Assembly: GCA_963705725.1 (NCBI GenBank)
Contig: CAVPKM010000016.1
Span: 32,001-96,000 of the forward strand
DNA: 64,000 bases
Direction: 5' to 3'
Source: an uncultured Gammaproteobacteria bacterium
GTDB taxonomy: Bacteria; Pseudomonadota; Gammaproteobacteria; UBA6002
Of the stretch, positions 18,078 to 29,031 are shown one piece after another; position 1 is the stretch's first letter; each line of letters starts with the position of its first letter. The notes beneath the pieces were generated by a model. That model saw only the letters and a list, made by a program, of their open reading frames with translations. It was not told the DNA's origin and did no database searches. A program made the translations under genes and the position numbers.

Positions 18078-19343
18078 TTATACTAACAGGTTTGATATAG
18101 CTTGTAGGTGGCGATCAGTCGCGCCTTGATTTTTTTCAATCACGCCAAAACCTTTTTCACCGATATGGTGGCTAAAAGCTTTATCCTTCAATAAGCCCTT
18201 AGCAATCGTGGTGATAGCGGTAGTGTTAGCGCCAATCTGAAGCGCCCCCGTTTCTTGCAGTAAGCGGCTAATTAAAGTGAAATTGAAAAGGTGAGGTCCT
18301 GTAACCAGGGGCAACCTTAAGCATGCAGGCTCTAGTAAATTATGCCCTCCTACTGGGACGAGGCTTCCACCTACAAAGGCGAGGTCTGCAAGCCCGTAAT
18401 AAAAATATAGCTCTCCCATTGAATCCCCTAAAAACACCTGGGTTTGTGCAGTAGGTAGCGATTGATGGCTTCTTCTAGCTACAACATATTTTCTTTTGAG
18501 ACACAAATTTGCTACTTCATCGAAGCGTTCAGGGTGCCTTGGGACTAAGATTAGCAATATATTGGGGAATTCTATTCGTAAATTTTCATAAACTTCCAGT
18601 AACTGCTCCTCTTCATTCGAGTGGGTACTGGCAGCAACAAAAATATGATCGAAGGGCAATCGCTTTCTAAATGCTTGACTCGCTTTTATCTGAGATTCTG
18701 GTGGTTGAATATCAAATTTCAAATTACCCAATACCTTGATTTGAGTTTCTGATGCGCCAAGCGCCAAAAATCGCGCGGCATCTTCCTGGCTTTGTGCTGC
18801 AATAATCGATAGCTGCTTAAGCAATGCAGCAATCATGAAGGAGATTTTTTGATAACCTGTTAATGATTTGGGAGATAATCTTGCATTAGCCAGCAAAAGA
18901 GGAAGCCCCTTTTTCCCTGCAGTAGCAAGTAAGTTTGGCCATAGTTCAGTTTCCATGATTATCCCGATTTTTGGATGAAAATAATCGAAAAATCGATTAA
19001 ATGCAGCGGGAAAATCATAAGGCAGGTAGTGATGATGTATTTGCGTATCCTTCAGCCAGGTTGTCTGAACCCTCAAAGCACCAGTTACAGTCATAGTGGT
19101 GATAACGATTGGCATTTTTGGATAGGCAATTTTAAGTTTCTTTAATAAGGGTTCTGCAGCCACTGCCTCACCATATGAAACAGCATGCAGCCAAATTGAT
19201 TGATTCATATTTTTGCCCGAATAAAACCCCAGGCGCTCTTTTAAACGAAAGAGTTGATCTTTATTTTTTCTCGCACGCCAAGCCGCTCGAGCAAGAATAA
19301 AAGGCAATAAGAGATAAAGAGCAAATGTATAAATTTTTCTCAT
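18078..19343 (-). CDS. waaA: Kdo transferase
   Basis: 'IWLHAVSYGE', 'METELWPN', 'GNLKFD', 'AASTH..EE', 'VPRHPERF', 'GGHNLLEPA'. Confidence 0.95.
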   Translation of the reverse strand: MRKIYTFALYLLLPFILARAAWRARKNKDQLFRLKERLGFYSGKNMNQSIWLHAVSYGEAVAAEPLLKKLKIAYPKMPIVITTMTVTGALRVQTTWLKDTQIHHHYLPYDFPAAFNRFFDYFHPKIGIIMETELWPNLLATAGKKGLPLLLANARLSPKSLTGYQKISFMIAALLKQLSIIAAQSQEDAARFLALGASETQIKVLGNLKFDIQPPESQIKASQAFRKRLPFDHIFVAASTHSNEEEQLLEVYENLRIEFPNILLILVPRHPERFDEVANLCLKRKYVVARRSHQSLPTAQTQVFLGDSMGELYFYYGLADLAFVGGSLVPVGGHNLLEPACLRLPLVTGPHLFNFTLISRLLQETGALQIGANTTAITTIAKGLLKDKAFSHHIGEKGFGVIEKNQGATDRHLQAISNLLV

Positions 19344-19418
19344 GGCTAATCTTAATGATATTCATTTGGGGTTATTGTATAGTGAGTCGCATCGAATTGA
19401 TAGTTGAGCGATAATCAT

Positions 19419-19664
19419 ATGGATTTTTTATTATTTCGAAAAATGTTAATGCCATTATTAACACAATTTCTTTTCTGGTTAGGATTGATAACCTGTATTG
19501 CAGGTGCTTTCTATAGTTTTCTACATCATGCTTACCACCATGGCTTAGAGGTGTTAATTTTGGGCCCCATTATCTTGCGGCTTTTTTGTGAATTTTTAAT
19601 CGTAATTTTTAGAATTAATGAGACGCTAACAGAACTAAAAAATGCTGTACAACGAAGAGTTTAA
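19419..19664 (+). CDS. Small membrane protein (DUF4282-like)
   Basis: 'DFLLFRKMLMPLLTQFLFW...GPIILRLFCEFLIVIFRINETL'; two TM segments. Confidence 0.7.
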   Translation: MDFLLFRKMLMPLLTQFLFWLGLITCIAGAFYSFLHHAYHHGLEVLILGPIILRLFCEFLIVIFRINETLTELKNAVQRRV

Positions 19665-19706
19665 GGTGTACAAAGCTCAAGTGCGTTTCATTTGGAGTCG
19701 TTTGGT

Positions 19707-20333
19707 ATGTTGAAAAAGTTAATCCCGCAAGAGAAAGGCTTTTTTGTTTTTTTTCAAGAAGTTGCTGAAAGGGCATTACATGCTGCTGGGCATTTTAGTC
19801 GTCTAATTTGCAACTTGGAACAGCCTGATGCACATGTTGCCATGATTGAACAAGATGCAAAAGAAGGCGACGAAATTACGCGACAAACATTTGATTTGTT
19901 GCACCAAAGTTTTATTACTCCTTTTGACAGATATGATATTCATAAGTTGGCCAGTAACTTGGATGATGTTCTGGACTTACTGAATACCACTGCACAAAAG
20001 ATCATTCTCTATCAAATACAAAATCTTAGGCAAGAGATAGCCAATTTAGCGGAATTATTTCTACAAATTGCCAAGCTTGTTAAATTGGCGGTAGGTCATT
20101 TACACTCCCTTAAAAAAGGCGATCAAATTTTACAATATTGTCGTGATATTCTTAAACTTCGAAATGAAAGTGAGGATCTGGTATTGAGGGGAGTGGCTAA
20201 ATTATTCGAAGAAGAAACAGATATAAAAAATCTTTTAAAAACCAAAGAAATTTTCGAATCGATTAAACGCATGACCGATAAATCTCAAAACCTAGCGAAT
20301 ATCATGAAGGGCATCGTTCTCGAGTATGCATAG
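19707..20333 (+). CDS. DUF47 / PhoU-like phosphate transport regulator
   Basis: 'LIPQEKGFF', 'FITPFDRYDIHKLASNLDDVLD'; overlaps the downstream pit gene. Confidence 0.85.
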   Translation: MLKKLIPQEKGFFVFFQEVAERALHAAGHFSRLICNLEQPDAHVAMIEQDAKEGDEITRQTFDLLHQSFITPFDRYDIHKLASNLDDVLDLLNTTAQKIILYQIQNLRQEIANLAELFLQIAKLVKLAVGHLHSLKKGDQILQYCRDILKLRNESEDLVLRGVAKLFEEETDIKNLLKTKEIFESIKRMTDKSQNLANIMKGIVLEYA

Positions 20334-21336
20334 TATGATCATTTTTGTCGTTTTTATTATTGTTTTAGCGCTGTTCTTCGATTTCCTTAATGGATTTCAT
20401 GATGCCGCGAATTCTATCGCCACCATTGTATCAACTCGCGTCTTAAAACCTTACTTGGCAGTAGCGTGGGCAGCTTTTTTTAACTTCATTGCTTTTTTAT
20501 TTTTTAAATTAGATGTGGCAACTACCATCGGAACCGGCATTATCGATCCCGCTATTATCAATCCACATTTAGTTTGCGCTGCATTAGTAGGTGCTATCAT
20601 CTGGAACATTATTACCTGGTATTATGGCTTGCCTTCCAGTTCTTCCCATGCGCTGTTTGGCGGACTACTCGGCGCAGGTCTTGCAAGTGCTCATGGAAAT
20701 TTGCATGTCATCAATATAGTGGGGATCACAAAGATTTTTTCTGCTATTTTTCTCTCGCCGGTGCTCGGATTTTTCTTTGGCATCGCGCTGATGTTTATCA
20801 TTGTTCATCTTTTCTGGCGAATGCCGCGCTTTAAATCCGACAAACTATTTAAAAGACTCCAACTGATCTCTGCTGCCTTAATCAGTTTAGGGCATGGCGG
20901 CAACGATGCACAAAAAACCATGGGTGTGATTGCTGTACTACTTTTTTCCAGCCATTTGATCGGCAATAAATTTTTTGTTCCGATATGGGTAGTGATTACT
21001 TGCAATTTTTTTATGGCGCTTGGCACGCTTTTTGGTGGCTGGAAAATAGTGAGAACAATGGGAATGCGAATTACGAAATTGAGACCCGTGAGTGGTTTTT
21101 GTGCTGAAACAGCCAGTTCGCTTACTTTATTTTTAGCCACTCATCTTGGAATTCCTGTTTCTACCACTCATACCATTGCCGGCTCGATTTTTGGAGCAGG
21201 CAGCCTTTCTAGCTTTTCAGCGGTACGCTGGGGAATTGCTAAACGAATCGTTTGGGCTTGGATTATCACCGTCCCAGCCTCTGCCCTGGTTGCCCTCTGC
21301 TCATGGTGGTTCCTGTATTTTATTCCAGGTATTTGA
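20326..21336 (+). CDS. pit: PiT-family inorganic phosphate transporter
   Basis: 'NGFHDAANSIAT', 'GLPSSSSHAL', 'HGGNDAQKTMG', 'GIPVSTTH'. Confidence 0.92.
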   Translation: MHSMIIFVVFIIVLALFFDFLNGFHDAANSIATIVSTRVLKPYLAVAWAAFFNFIAFLFFKLDVATTIGTGIIDPAIINPHLVCAALVGAIIWNIITWYYGLPSSSSHALFGGLLGAGLASAHGNLHVINIVGITKIFSAIFLSPVLGFFFGIALMFIIVHLFWRMPRFKSDKLFKRLQLISAALISLGHGGNDAQKTMGVIAVLLFSSHLIGNKFFVPIWVVITCNFFMALGTLFGGWKIVRTMGMRITKLRPVSGFCAETASSLTLFLATHLGIPVSTTHTIAGSIFGAGSLSSFSAVRWGIAKRIVWAWIITVPASALVALCSWWFLYFIPGI

Positions 21337-21420
21337 ACTCCCTTCGCTCGCCTAGCCTAAAAATCTGTTCATAGATAGATGGTCTACACTTAAATGATCA
21401 ATATATCGAAGGAACAAATT

Positions 21421-22275
21421 ATGTGCCGCTTCATTGCCTATGTTGGAAACCCTATACTGCTAGATGATATCTTATATAAACCGCGAAATTCCTTAATACA
21501 ACAAAGCATCCGCGCCAGGGAAACTGAAGAACCACTTAATGGAGATGGATTTGGAATAGGCTGGTACGCACATGAAATTAATGTTACTCCCGCTATCTAT
21601 GCCTCTATTTCGCCCGCATGGAATGATCGCAACCTACATTATATGTCTAAAAAAATTCGTTCTAATTGTATTTTTGCCCATGTCAGAGCAGCAAGTACGG
21701 GAGGCGTTTCTTTTTTTAACTGTCACCCTTTTCACTATCATCGGTTTTTATTTATGCACAATGGAGATATAGCGGATTTCGCTAAAATTAAACGACAATT
21801 ACGACGAGGATTAACTGATAGCACTTATTCTTGGATCCAAGGTCAAACTGACTCCGAACACCTATTTGCAAAATATATCGATATCTTCAACAAGCGAGCT
21901 TATCACTATACAGCGGAAGAAATGGCCGATGCACTAATAGAAACGATTGATGAAATCAAACATCTTCAACATAAACAGCACGTAAGAGGGGTAAACTACA
22001 TTAACGCCGCGATTACCGATGGAAGAAGTATCGTGGCAATACGCTATGTTTCTAATAAAAAACAGAAAGCCCCTTCGTTACACTTTTCTGAAGGGAGCCA
22101 CTTTATCTACGACAACCACGCCTGCCACATGCGACCTTCAACAGGAGAAAATGGTGCGGTATTGGTTGTTTCAGAGGTATTAAATAGTTTTAAAGCCGAA
22201 TGGCAAGAAATTCCCACTAATCATATTTTATTAGTAAGAGATGATTTGAGTGTCAAGTTATCTCCCATCAAGTAG
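21421..22275 (+). CDS. Class II glutamine amidotransferase (EgtC/Dug3/YafJ-like)
   Basis: N-terminal nucleophile 'MCRF', 'NGDGFGIGWY', 'PAWNDRNL', 'AHVRAA', 'NCHPF', 'MHNG', 'GQTDSEH'. Confidence 0.85.
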   Translation: MCRFIAYVGNPILLDDILYKPRNSLIQQSIRARETEEPLNGDGFGIGWYAHEINVTPAIYASISPAWNDRNLHYMSKKIRSNCIFAHVRAASTGGVSFFNCHPFHYHRFLFMHNGDIADFAKIKRQLRRGLTDSTYSWIQGQTDSEHLFAKYIDIFNKRAYHYTAEEMADALIETIDEIKHLQHKQHVRGVNYINAAITDGRSIVAIRYVSNKKQKAPSLHFSEGSHFIYDNHACHMRPSTGENGAVLVVSEVLNSFKAEWQEIPTNHILLVRDDLSVKLSPIK

Positions 22276-22305
22276 CTGCCATCCGAAAGCATGGGTCAAA
22301 TCGTA

Positions 22306-23268
22306 TTACACATTGGTATAATTAAAACTCAATACGTCAGCAATATGTTTTTTACCTAGCGCTATACAAATTAATCGATCGACACCCAGTGCCACGCCAG
22401 CACAAAATGGTAAGCTTGCAAGTGCTTGGAGCAATAATTCGTCAATGGGGATGATTTCCAGGTTTTTGCTTTTTCTGATCGCATTATCCTGTTCAAAACG
22501 TATTCTTTGTTCCTGAGGGTGGCTTAACTCCTGATAACCATTTGCAAGCTCCATACCTTGATAGTAAAGCTCGAACCTTTCCCCCACCGCATAGTTTTCT
22601 TCCATTCTAATTTTGGCTAACGCAGCCTGATCTGCAGGATAATCATAAATAAAGATGGGTTTTTGGGATCCGAGTTCAGGCTCGATAAGATGAGTTAACA
22701 AGAGATCTAGCCAAAGACTCTTGGTTTCTTCTTGATCGCTTTGCAAGTCAATGCCATGCTGTATCGCCAATTTTTTTAAAACTGTATGAGTAGCCGTATG
22801 TGGATTGATGCCGACATACGATTCAAAAAGCTTTCGGTAGGATATTCTGTCAGCAGGTTTGGTTTTTAAAATTAGATCAAGCAATTCATCAATTTCATCC
22901 ATTAATGAGTGATAAGTCATGCCAACTCGATACCATTCAAGCATGGTGAATTCTGGGTTATGTTTGCTACCGCATTCATTATTTCTAAACACCTTACCCA
23001 TTTGGTAAATCGAACCATAGCCTGCAGCGAGCATACGCTTCATAGGGAATTCTGGTGATGTCTGAAGGTAGACGGATTTCGATAGGCAAGGGCCAGAACT
23101 ATGTAGGGTGGTTTTAAAACTTTCTAAATGAGGATCGGTAGCCGTACTGTGATAAAGCAGTGGCGTTTCAACTTCTAAGACATTGCGCTTTTCAAAAAAA
23201 CAACGAATTTTTTTTATAATGTTTGCTCTTTGCTGGAGAGCAGAAAGCGAAGCAGTAGGTTTCCACAT
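22306..23268 (-). CDS. epmA: EF-P beta-lysyltransferase
   Basis: 'YLQTSPEFPMKRMLAAG', 'HNPEFTMLEWYR', 'ELANGYQEL', 'GVALGVDRL'; adjacent to efp. Confidence 0.94.
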   Translation of the reverse strand: MWKPTASLSALQQRANIIKKIRCFFEKRNVLEVETPLLYHSTATDPHLESFKTTLHSSGPCLSKSVYLQTSPEFPMKRMLAAGYGSIYQMGKVFRNNECGSKHNPEFTMLEWYRVGMTYHSLMDEIDELLDLILKTKPADRISYRKLFESYVGINPHTATHTVLKKLAIQHGIDLQSDQEETKSLWLDLLLTHLIEPELGSQKPIFIYDYPADQAALAKIRMEENYAVGERFELYYQGMELANGYQELSHPQEQRIRFEQDNAIRKSKNLEIIPIDELLLQALASLPFCAGVALGVDRLICIALGKKHIADVLSFNYTNV

Positions 23269-23835
23269 TTATTTTACTCGAGAAACATAATCTCCGGTTC
23301 GTGTATCCACTTTTAACACATCTCCAGTATCAACAAATAAGGGTACTTTGATGACTGCACCTGTTTCAAGGGTAGCTGGCTTATTGCCACCACTTACGGT
23401 ATCACCTTTAATTCCCGGATCTGTTTCAATCACTTTGAGATTGACAAAGTTAGGAGCGGCGACAGTGAGAGGGTAGCCATTCCACATGGTAACGGTACAA
23501 TAATCTTGTTCTTTTAGCCATTGCTTAGCCTCGCCCACGATATTTTCCGAAGCGACATGCTGTTCAAAGGTATCCGGTGACATGAAATGCCAAAACTCCC
23601 CATCATTGTAAAGGTATTGCATTTCAGTTTCACTGACATCCGCACCAGGCAAGGTATCCCCTGATTTAAATGTTTTATCAAGTGTTCGACCTGTTTTGAG
23701 ATTGCGGTATTTTACGCGATTAAAAGCCTGACCTTTGCCAGGTTTTACGTATTCATTTTCCAAAATAGAACATGGATCATTGTCGATAATAACCTTTAAT
23801 CCGCCCTTGAAGTCATTCGTGCTATATGTCCCCAT
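23269..23835 (-). CDS. efp: Elongation factor P
   Basis: 'VKPGKGQAF', 'TDPGIKGDT', 'KPATLETG...VPLF'; start trimmed to MGTYST. Confidence 0.96.
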   Translation of the reverse strand: MGTYSTNDFKGGLKVIIDNDPCSILENEYVKPGKGQAFNRVKYRNLKTGRTLDKTFKSGDTLPGADVSETEMQYLYNDGEFWHFMSPDTFEQHVASENIVGEAKQWLKEQDYCTVTMWNGYPLTVAAPNFVNLKVIETDPGIKGDTVSGGNKPATLETGAVIKVPLFVDTGDVLKVDTRTGDYVSRVK

Positions 23836-23872
23836 TAAATTATTCCTTACCATTTTTACCTATTTAAAATAG

Positions 23873-24379
23873 TTACTTAAATTCTTCATCCGCCTGTTCA
23901 ATTTGCCGCTGAGCATATCGTCTAAACAAGAGAGGATGGGGAATATTAGGAAATGGATCCTTACTTCCTCCCGTTCCACTTACAATAATCGTACCATAAT
24001 CGAAAAAACGACCGATGATTGATTGATAAACATGAATACTTTCAACACGCTGTAATAATATTTCCAGAGACATTCGACTAATAAAGCCAACTTTCATTAA
24101 AATTCGTCGATTTGTGATGCCATATTCTGATGTCTGATAAACCACGTAAGCCATCGTTCCTGAGATGGCAGATACAATGAGTACAAAGATTCCTAATAAA
24201 TCAGTTAATGAATAACTTCCATATAAAGGTGAATTGGCAAATGGATATTGTGGAGCAAATATAAAAATACAAATAGCCAAGAAGAACCAGCCAATCGCAG
24301 GAGTGAAAATTATCCAATGAGGCTTAGTTCGATAAAGCAATCTTTCATCTCGAATTAATGTCTCCTCGATATAGCTCAT
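23873..24379 (-). CDS. Membrane protein with bacterial PH (bPH_2) domain
   Basis: '[10 protein letters not shown]...Y...PHW', two TMs, '[14 protein letters not shown]', '[16 protein letters not shown]'. Confidence 0.78.
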   Translation of the reverse strand: MSYIEETLIRDERLLYRTKPHWIIFTPAIGWFFLAICIFIFAPQYPFANSPLYGSYSLTDLLGIFVLIVSAISGTMAYVVYQTSEYGITNRRILMKVGFISRMSLEILLQRVESIHVYQSIIGRFFDYGTIIVSGTGGSKDPFPNIPHPLLFRRYAQRQIEQADEEFK

Positions 24380-26622
24380 TTCAAGCTTCCTTCTTTGACA
24401 CCTAATCGGGTAGCGAGTCTTATTCCCCGCGGCAAAATTTGACCTCTTCTTGCACGCTCTCCCTGGTAACTAGCTAGGTCTTTTGGTTTGATTATCAGTT
24501 GCTTTGTATCTGCAAACACAATCAAGGATTGATTGGCACTAAGCGTTTGAATATCGACCAGGTATTCGCCCGGTAGCACGCCTTTAGCCGGAGGTAAATT
24601 TATCATTTTATTGCCCTTACCACGGGGTAATTGTGGTAAATCGGAAACAGGAAATATCAGTAGATGCCCGCTTGACGAAAGCAATGCGACAACATCCTCT
24701 TTTTGTGATTGCACCAACCTTGGTATCAAACCTTTAGCATTTTTAGGCAAGGTCAACACAGTTTTTCCTGCTCGATTTTTACTGTATAAATTTTGCAGTT
24801 CACAAATAAACCCATAGCCCGCATTCGACGCCAATAATACCAATTGTGAAGGCTCTCCTATCAGCACACCAGTAAATATCGCATTATCGGGCGGGTTAAA
24901 GCGCCCAGTCAACGGCTCACCTTGCCCCCTTGCCGAAGGCAACGAATGTGCCAGAAGCGAATAGCTGCGGCCCGTTGAATCCAGTAATACGGCTTGTTGA
25001 TTACTTCTGCCTTTTGCACTCATCAAAAAACCATCACCTGCCTTATAGTTCAAGGTCAAGGGGTCAATTTCATGTCCTTTTCCAGCACGTATCCATCCTT
25101 TTTCCGAAAGGATGACAGTGATGAGCTCGGTTGGCAGCACTTCCTCTTCTCGCAAAGCATGCGCTTCTTCTCGCCTGACAAGCATGGAATTGCGTTCATC
25201 ACCATACTTTTCCCTATCCTCAAGCATTTCCTCTCGAATCATTAAGTTTAGGCGTTGTTGAGAGCTTAATGTTTTCTCTATTTCTACTTTCTCTTGACTT
25301 AATTCCCGTTGTTCTCCCTTAATTTTCACCTCTTCTAATTTAGCCAGTTGTTTTAATTTTAACTCTAAGATGGCTTCAGCTTGTATGACGGTTAAATTAA
25401 AACGCGTGATTAATTTTGCTTTAGGATCATCTTCGTGCCGAATAATTGCGATCACTTCATCGAGGTTAAGAAAAGCAATAAGGAGACCATCTAAAATATG
25501 CAATCGCGATAAGACCTTGTCTAGACGATATTCTAAACGCTTTCGTAATGTCTGCACTCGAAATGCCAACCACTCCTGAAGTAGGTATAAAAGATTTTTA
25601 ATCTGTGGCTTATCATTAGTGCCAATCATATTCAGATTGACGCGATAGCTTCTCTCAAGATCTGTTGTGGCAAACAAGTGCGCCATCAAAGCATCGATGT
25701 CTATTCGATTAGAACGCGGCGTAATCACTAATCGAGTGGGATTTTCATGATCAGATTCGTCGCGTAAGTCGGCAATCATAGGTAATTTTTTTGCTTGCAT
25801 TTGCGCGGCAATTTGCTCGAGTATCTTGGATCCAGAAGTTTGATGAGGCAGCGCCGTGATAATAATATCTTCCTCCTCTTTCTGAAAAACTGCCCGCATT
25901 CGTAAGTTACCCGTTCCTTTTCGGTAAATTTCAACAATTTCTTCATGGGCTGTAATGATTTCGGCCTTGGTTGGAAAATCTGGTCCTTGTATATACTGGC
26001 AGATATCTTCAAGTGTCGCTTTAGGATGATCAATTAAATGAAGCAAGGCGTCCACCACCTCCCGAAGGTTGTGAGGGGGGATGTCTGTTGTCATGCCTAC
26101 CGCAATTCCAGTCGCACCATTTAGGAGGAGGTTAGGTAACCTTGCAGGTAACAAGGTCGGTTCCTCGAGCGTGCCATCGAAATTGGGCAGCCAATCGACC
26201 GTGCCCTGTTCAACTTCTGCCAATAACACATCAGCATATCTAGAAAGACGAGATTCTGTATAACGCATAGCAGCAAAAGATTTTGGATCATCGGGTGATC
26301 CCCAGTTTCCCTGACCATCAATTAAGGGATAGCGATAGGAAAAATCTTGCGCCATTAACACCATGGCCTCGTAGCAAGCAGCATCTCCATGAGGATGAAA
26401 TTTCCCCAGCACATCGCCCACCGCTCGTGCTGATTTTTTATATTTTGCACCCGCTTTTAAGCCTAAATCAGACATGGCATAAATGATTCTTCTTTGCACA
26501 GGTTTCAGACCATCGCCGATATGGGGAAGTGCTCGGTCCAATATGACATACATTGAATAATCAAGATAAGCTTTTTCTGTGAATTCCTTTAATGGTAAAT
26601 TTTCGAATTCGATGGTAGTCAT
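24376..26622 (-). CDS. parC: DNA topoisomerase IV subunit A
   Basis: '[23 protein letters not shown]', '[15 protein letters not shown]', 'AAMRYTE'. Confidence 0.96.
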   Translation of the reverse strand: MTTIEFENLPLKEFTEKAYLDYSMYVILDRALPHIGDGLKPVQRRIIYAMSDLGLKAGAKYKKSARAVGDVLGKFHPHGDAACYEAMVLMAQDFSYRYPLIDGQGNWGSPDDPKSFAAMRYTESRLSRYADVLLAEVEQGTVDWLPNFDGTLEEPTLLPARLPNLLLNGATGIAVGMTTDIPPHNLREVVDALLHLIDHPKATLEDICQYIQGPDFPTKAEIITAHEEIVEIYRKGTGNLRMRAVFQKEEEDIIITALPHQTSGSKILEQIAAQMQAKKLPMIADLRDESDHENPTRLVITPRSNRIDIDALMAHLFATTDLERSYRVNLNMIGTNDKPQIKNLLYLLQEWLAFRVQTLRKRLEYRLDKVLSRLHILDGLLIAFLNLDEVIAIIRHEDDPKAKLITRFNLTVIQAEAILELKLKQLAKLEEVKIKGEQRELSQEKVEIEKTLSSQQRLNLMIREEMLEDREKYGDERNSMLVRREEAHALREEEVLPTELITVILSEKGWIRAGKGHEIDPLTLNYKAGDGFLMSAKGRSNQQAVLLDSTGRSYSLLAHSLPSARGQGEPLTGRFNPPDNAIFTGVLIGEPSQLVLLASNAGYGFICELQNLYSKNRAGKTVLTLPKNAKGLIPRLVQSQKEDVVALLSSSGHLLIFPVSDLPQLPRGKGNKMINLPPAKGVLPGEYLVDIQTLSANQSLIVFADTKQLIIKPKDLASYQGERARRGQILPRGIRLATRLGVKEGSLK

Positions 26623-26650
26623 CTCAATAAACCTAATATATATTAATTAG

Positions 26651-26693
26651 GTAACTATTCAGCACAGGATTGAGTCCATAGCTGAATAATTAC
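26651..26693. repeat. Mini-MITE copy (43 bp) between parC and coq7
   Basis: GTAACTATTCAGCACAGGATTGAGTCCATAGCTGAATAATTAC: both TIRs plus a collapsed left arm of the long element. Confidence 0.8.
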
Positions 26694-26765
26694 TTTGAAT
26701 CAGCAAGTGTAACGATTGATTCAATGAGATGCAAACCAGGTTTAAAGGGCTTTGAGTGAGGATAA

Positions 26766-27407
26766 ATGTATAAGCGTAACCTATCGATACTAGATCATTT
26801 CATCATTGCGGTGGATAATGGCGTGCGCTCAATATTTAGTCATCCAACTGCTAGTCGAAATAATCCCGCTGACGGTATAAAAGAACCCCTCTTAACTCCC
26901 AGCGAAAAAAAACATAGTCGCGCATTGATGCGCATTAATCATGCTGGAGAAATCTCTGCGCAGGCTTTGTATTATGGTCAGGCAGAAGCGGCTCGCAGCC
27001 CAAATATTAAAGCAATTTTACTGCAATCCGGAGAAGAAGAATCCGATCATTTAGCTTGGTGTCAAGAACGATTGACAGAACTCCAGGGCCATACGAGTTT
27101 TTTCAATCCCCTTTGGTATATCAGCTCCTACCTACTAGGCCTTATTATGGGCGCAATCAATGATAAATGGAGTTTAGGCTTTGTGGTCGAAACAGAACGT
27201 CAAGTAGAAGAACATTTGAAAAAACAATTAATGCAATTGCCATTGGGTGATCATAAAAGTGAACGCATCATCCAACAAATGCGCGAAGATGAGTCTCATC
27301 ATGCCACCAATGCTATTGCTGCCGGGGCAATCGAATTGCCCTTAGCCATCAAGCAGTTGATGAAGGTTCTGTCAAAAATAATGATAAAAATCACTTATTA
27401 TATATAA
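26766..27407 (+). CDS. coq7: Demethoxyubiquinone hydroxylase (di-iron)
   Basis: 'LMRINHAGEISAQALY.GQ', 'EE.DHLAWC', 'FVVETERQVEEHL', 'QMREDESHH'. Confidence 0.93.
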   Translation: MYKRNLSILDHFIIAVDNGVRSIFSHPTASRNNPADGIKEPLLTPSEKKHSRALMRINHAGEISAQALYYGQAEAARSPNIKAILLQSGEEESDHLAWCQERLTELQGHTSFFNPLWYISSYLLGLIMGAINDKWSLGFVVETERQVEEHLKKQLMQLPLGDHKSERIIQQMREDESHHATNAIAAGAIELPLAIKQLMKVLSKIMIKITYYI

Positions 27408-27413
27408 AATTTT

Positions 27414-27485
27414 CAACTATTCAGCACAAATGCTAGCACTCGCTAAACGTTCAGATTTTAGCCAGATTCGGATAAAAAATTTAAT
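27414..27485. repeat. Half-element: right arm of the long MITE, inverted
   Basis: CAACTATTCAGCACAAATGCTAG.....GCTAAACGTTCAGATTTTAGCCAGATTCGGA.AAAAAATTTAAT is nearly identical to the reverse complement of ~54494-54565. Confidence 0.85.
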
Positions 27486-28155
27486 GAATAATGCTAACTA
27501 ACTCAGCCTTCAACCGCGCAATAGTGGCCTGATAATCATCGGCATGAAAAATCCCCGTTCCTAAAACGAAAGTATCCGCTCCTTCCTTTGCTATCTGCGC
27601 AATGTTTTCTATTTTTACTCCCCCATCCACTTCAAGACGAATAGGGTGTTCTGCTTGTTGAATAATTTGATAAGCCTGCCGAATTTTTCTCAAGCTTTGC
27701 GAGATAAAAGCTTGTCCACCAAAACCGGGATTAACGGACATCAGTAATACCATATCTAATTTATCAAGGGTGTGATCTAAATAACTGAGGGGAGTACTGG
27801 GATTAAAAGCTAGGCCTGCAAAGCATCCAAGATCTCTAATTAACTGCAAGCTTCGATCGAGATGAAAACTGGCTTCAGGATGAATGGTAATATAGGTTGC
27901 ACCAGCTTTAGCAAATTCAACAATTAATGAATCAACTGGAGTAGTCATTAGATGAACATCAATTGGAGCATCAATTCCAAATTTTCTAAGCGCCGAACAA
28001 ACCATTGGTCCTATAGTTAAACTTGGCACATAGTGATTATCCATTACATCGAAATGAATTAAATCTGCTCCTGCTGCCAACACTTTTTCCACGTCTTCAC
28101 CCAAATTTGCAAAATCAGCAGAAAGTATGGAAGCCGCAATTTTAAAATATTTCAT
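27481..28155 (-). CDS. rpe: Ribulose-phosphate 3-epimerase
   Basis: '[11 protein letters not shown]', '[11 protein letters not shown]', '[10 protein letters not shown]', 'LEVDGG'. Confidence 0.96.
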   Translation of the reverse strand: MKYFKIAASILSADFANLGEDVEKVLAAGADLIHFDVMDNHYVPSLTIGPMVCSALRKFGIDAPIDVHLMTTPVDSLIVEFAKAGATYITIHPEASFHLDRSLQLIRDLGCFAGLAFNPSTPLSYLDHTLDKLDMVLLMSVNPGFGGQAFISQSLRKIRQAYQIIQQAEHPIRLEVDGGVKIENIAQIAKEGADTFVLGTGIFHADDYQATIARLKAELVSIIH

Positions 28156-28160
28156 GATCT

Positions 28161-28960
28161 CTATCTCCTAGCCTTACAAATAGTTTCATACGCCAGTTTA
28201 ATTTCCTGTGTTTTTTGGGTGGCTAATTTAATCATTTCTTCCGGTAGTCCTTTTGATACTAATTTATCAGGATGATTTTGACTCATTAATTTTCGATAAG
28301 CTTTTTTAACCTCGCCATCATTGGTTGAGGAAGTCACCCCTAGGGTGCGATAGGCTTTTTCAAGTTGATTTGCTGCCCTCAATGGGGGTTCATAGCGACC
28401 TTGGCGTGAGCCATTACTTTGATATCGCGTATTATATTGGAAGAAAAAGTCATTAGGATTAAGATTCAAGCGATAACAGATATGTTCTAAAATTCGTTGC
28501 TTGGAACGACTCGAGTATTCCCTCTGCAAAAGCGGCTTGTAATTGAATCTCGACAAAAAGATGTAATAAATTTCTTTGATTGAGGCAAGCTTCTGCTAAT
28601 TGGCTTAACATCATGTCTAGATTAAGATCGGCTTGCTTTCCTTCGTGGAAATACTGAATGGCCTGTTGTTTTTGAGTAGCACTCAGCATCATGTTTTGCA
28701 TGATCTGAGTCGCTGCACGAATTTCATTTTCAGAAACTCGACCGTCTGACTTTGCAATGTATCCCATGATTGCGAAAGTAGAACGAAAAAAAAACGGTTT
28801 GAGCTTGATTTTGTTGTTGTCGATTCGCTGGAAAAAGTGACCAATGCCCTTTAAGCGCTAAATCAAAATAATGACCTAAAATTAAACCCAAGACAGCACC
28901 GAAAGGCCCGGCTATCATGTAGCCAAAAAGCACTCCTAAAAATTTACCTAGCCAAAACAT
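28161..28960 (-). pseudogene. djlA: DjlA co-chaperone split by two +1 frameshifts (pseudogene or sequencing error)
   Basis: Three overlapping ORFs give 'WLGKFLG...GPFGA', 'MGYIAKSDGRVSENEI' (TerB-like) and the J-domain 'VKKAYRKLMSQNHPDK'; removing one base at 28786-28794 and one near 28511-28514 restores one frame. Confidence 0.85.
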
Positions 28961-29031
28961 AATTTACAACTTATAAAAGAGTATTTGAACGAGCATAATG
29001 CTATTAACCGTAACCGCACTTAAGGATCTCT

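Noticed and set aside
23868-23876. AATAGTTAC half-sites (also 4185-4193 and 54187-54195)
   Set aside because: Only 9 bp of the MITE terminus with no partner end; the 54187 instance is better explained as part of the IHF site.
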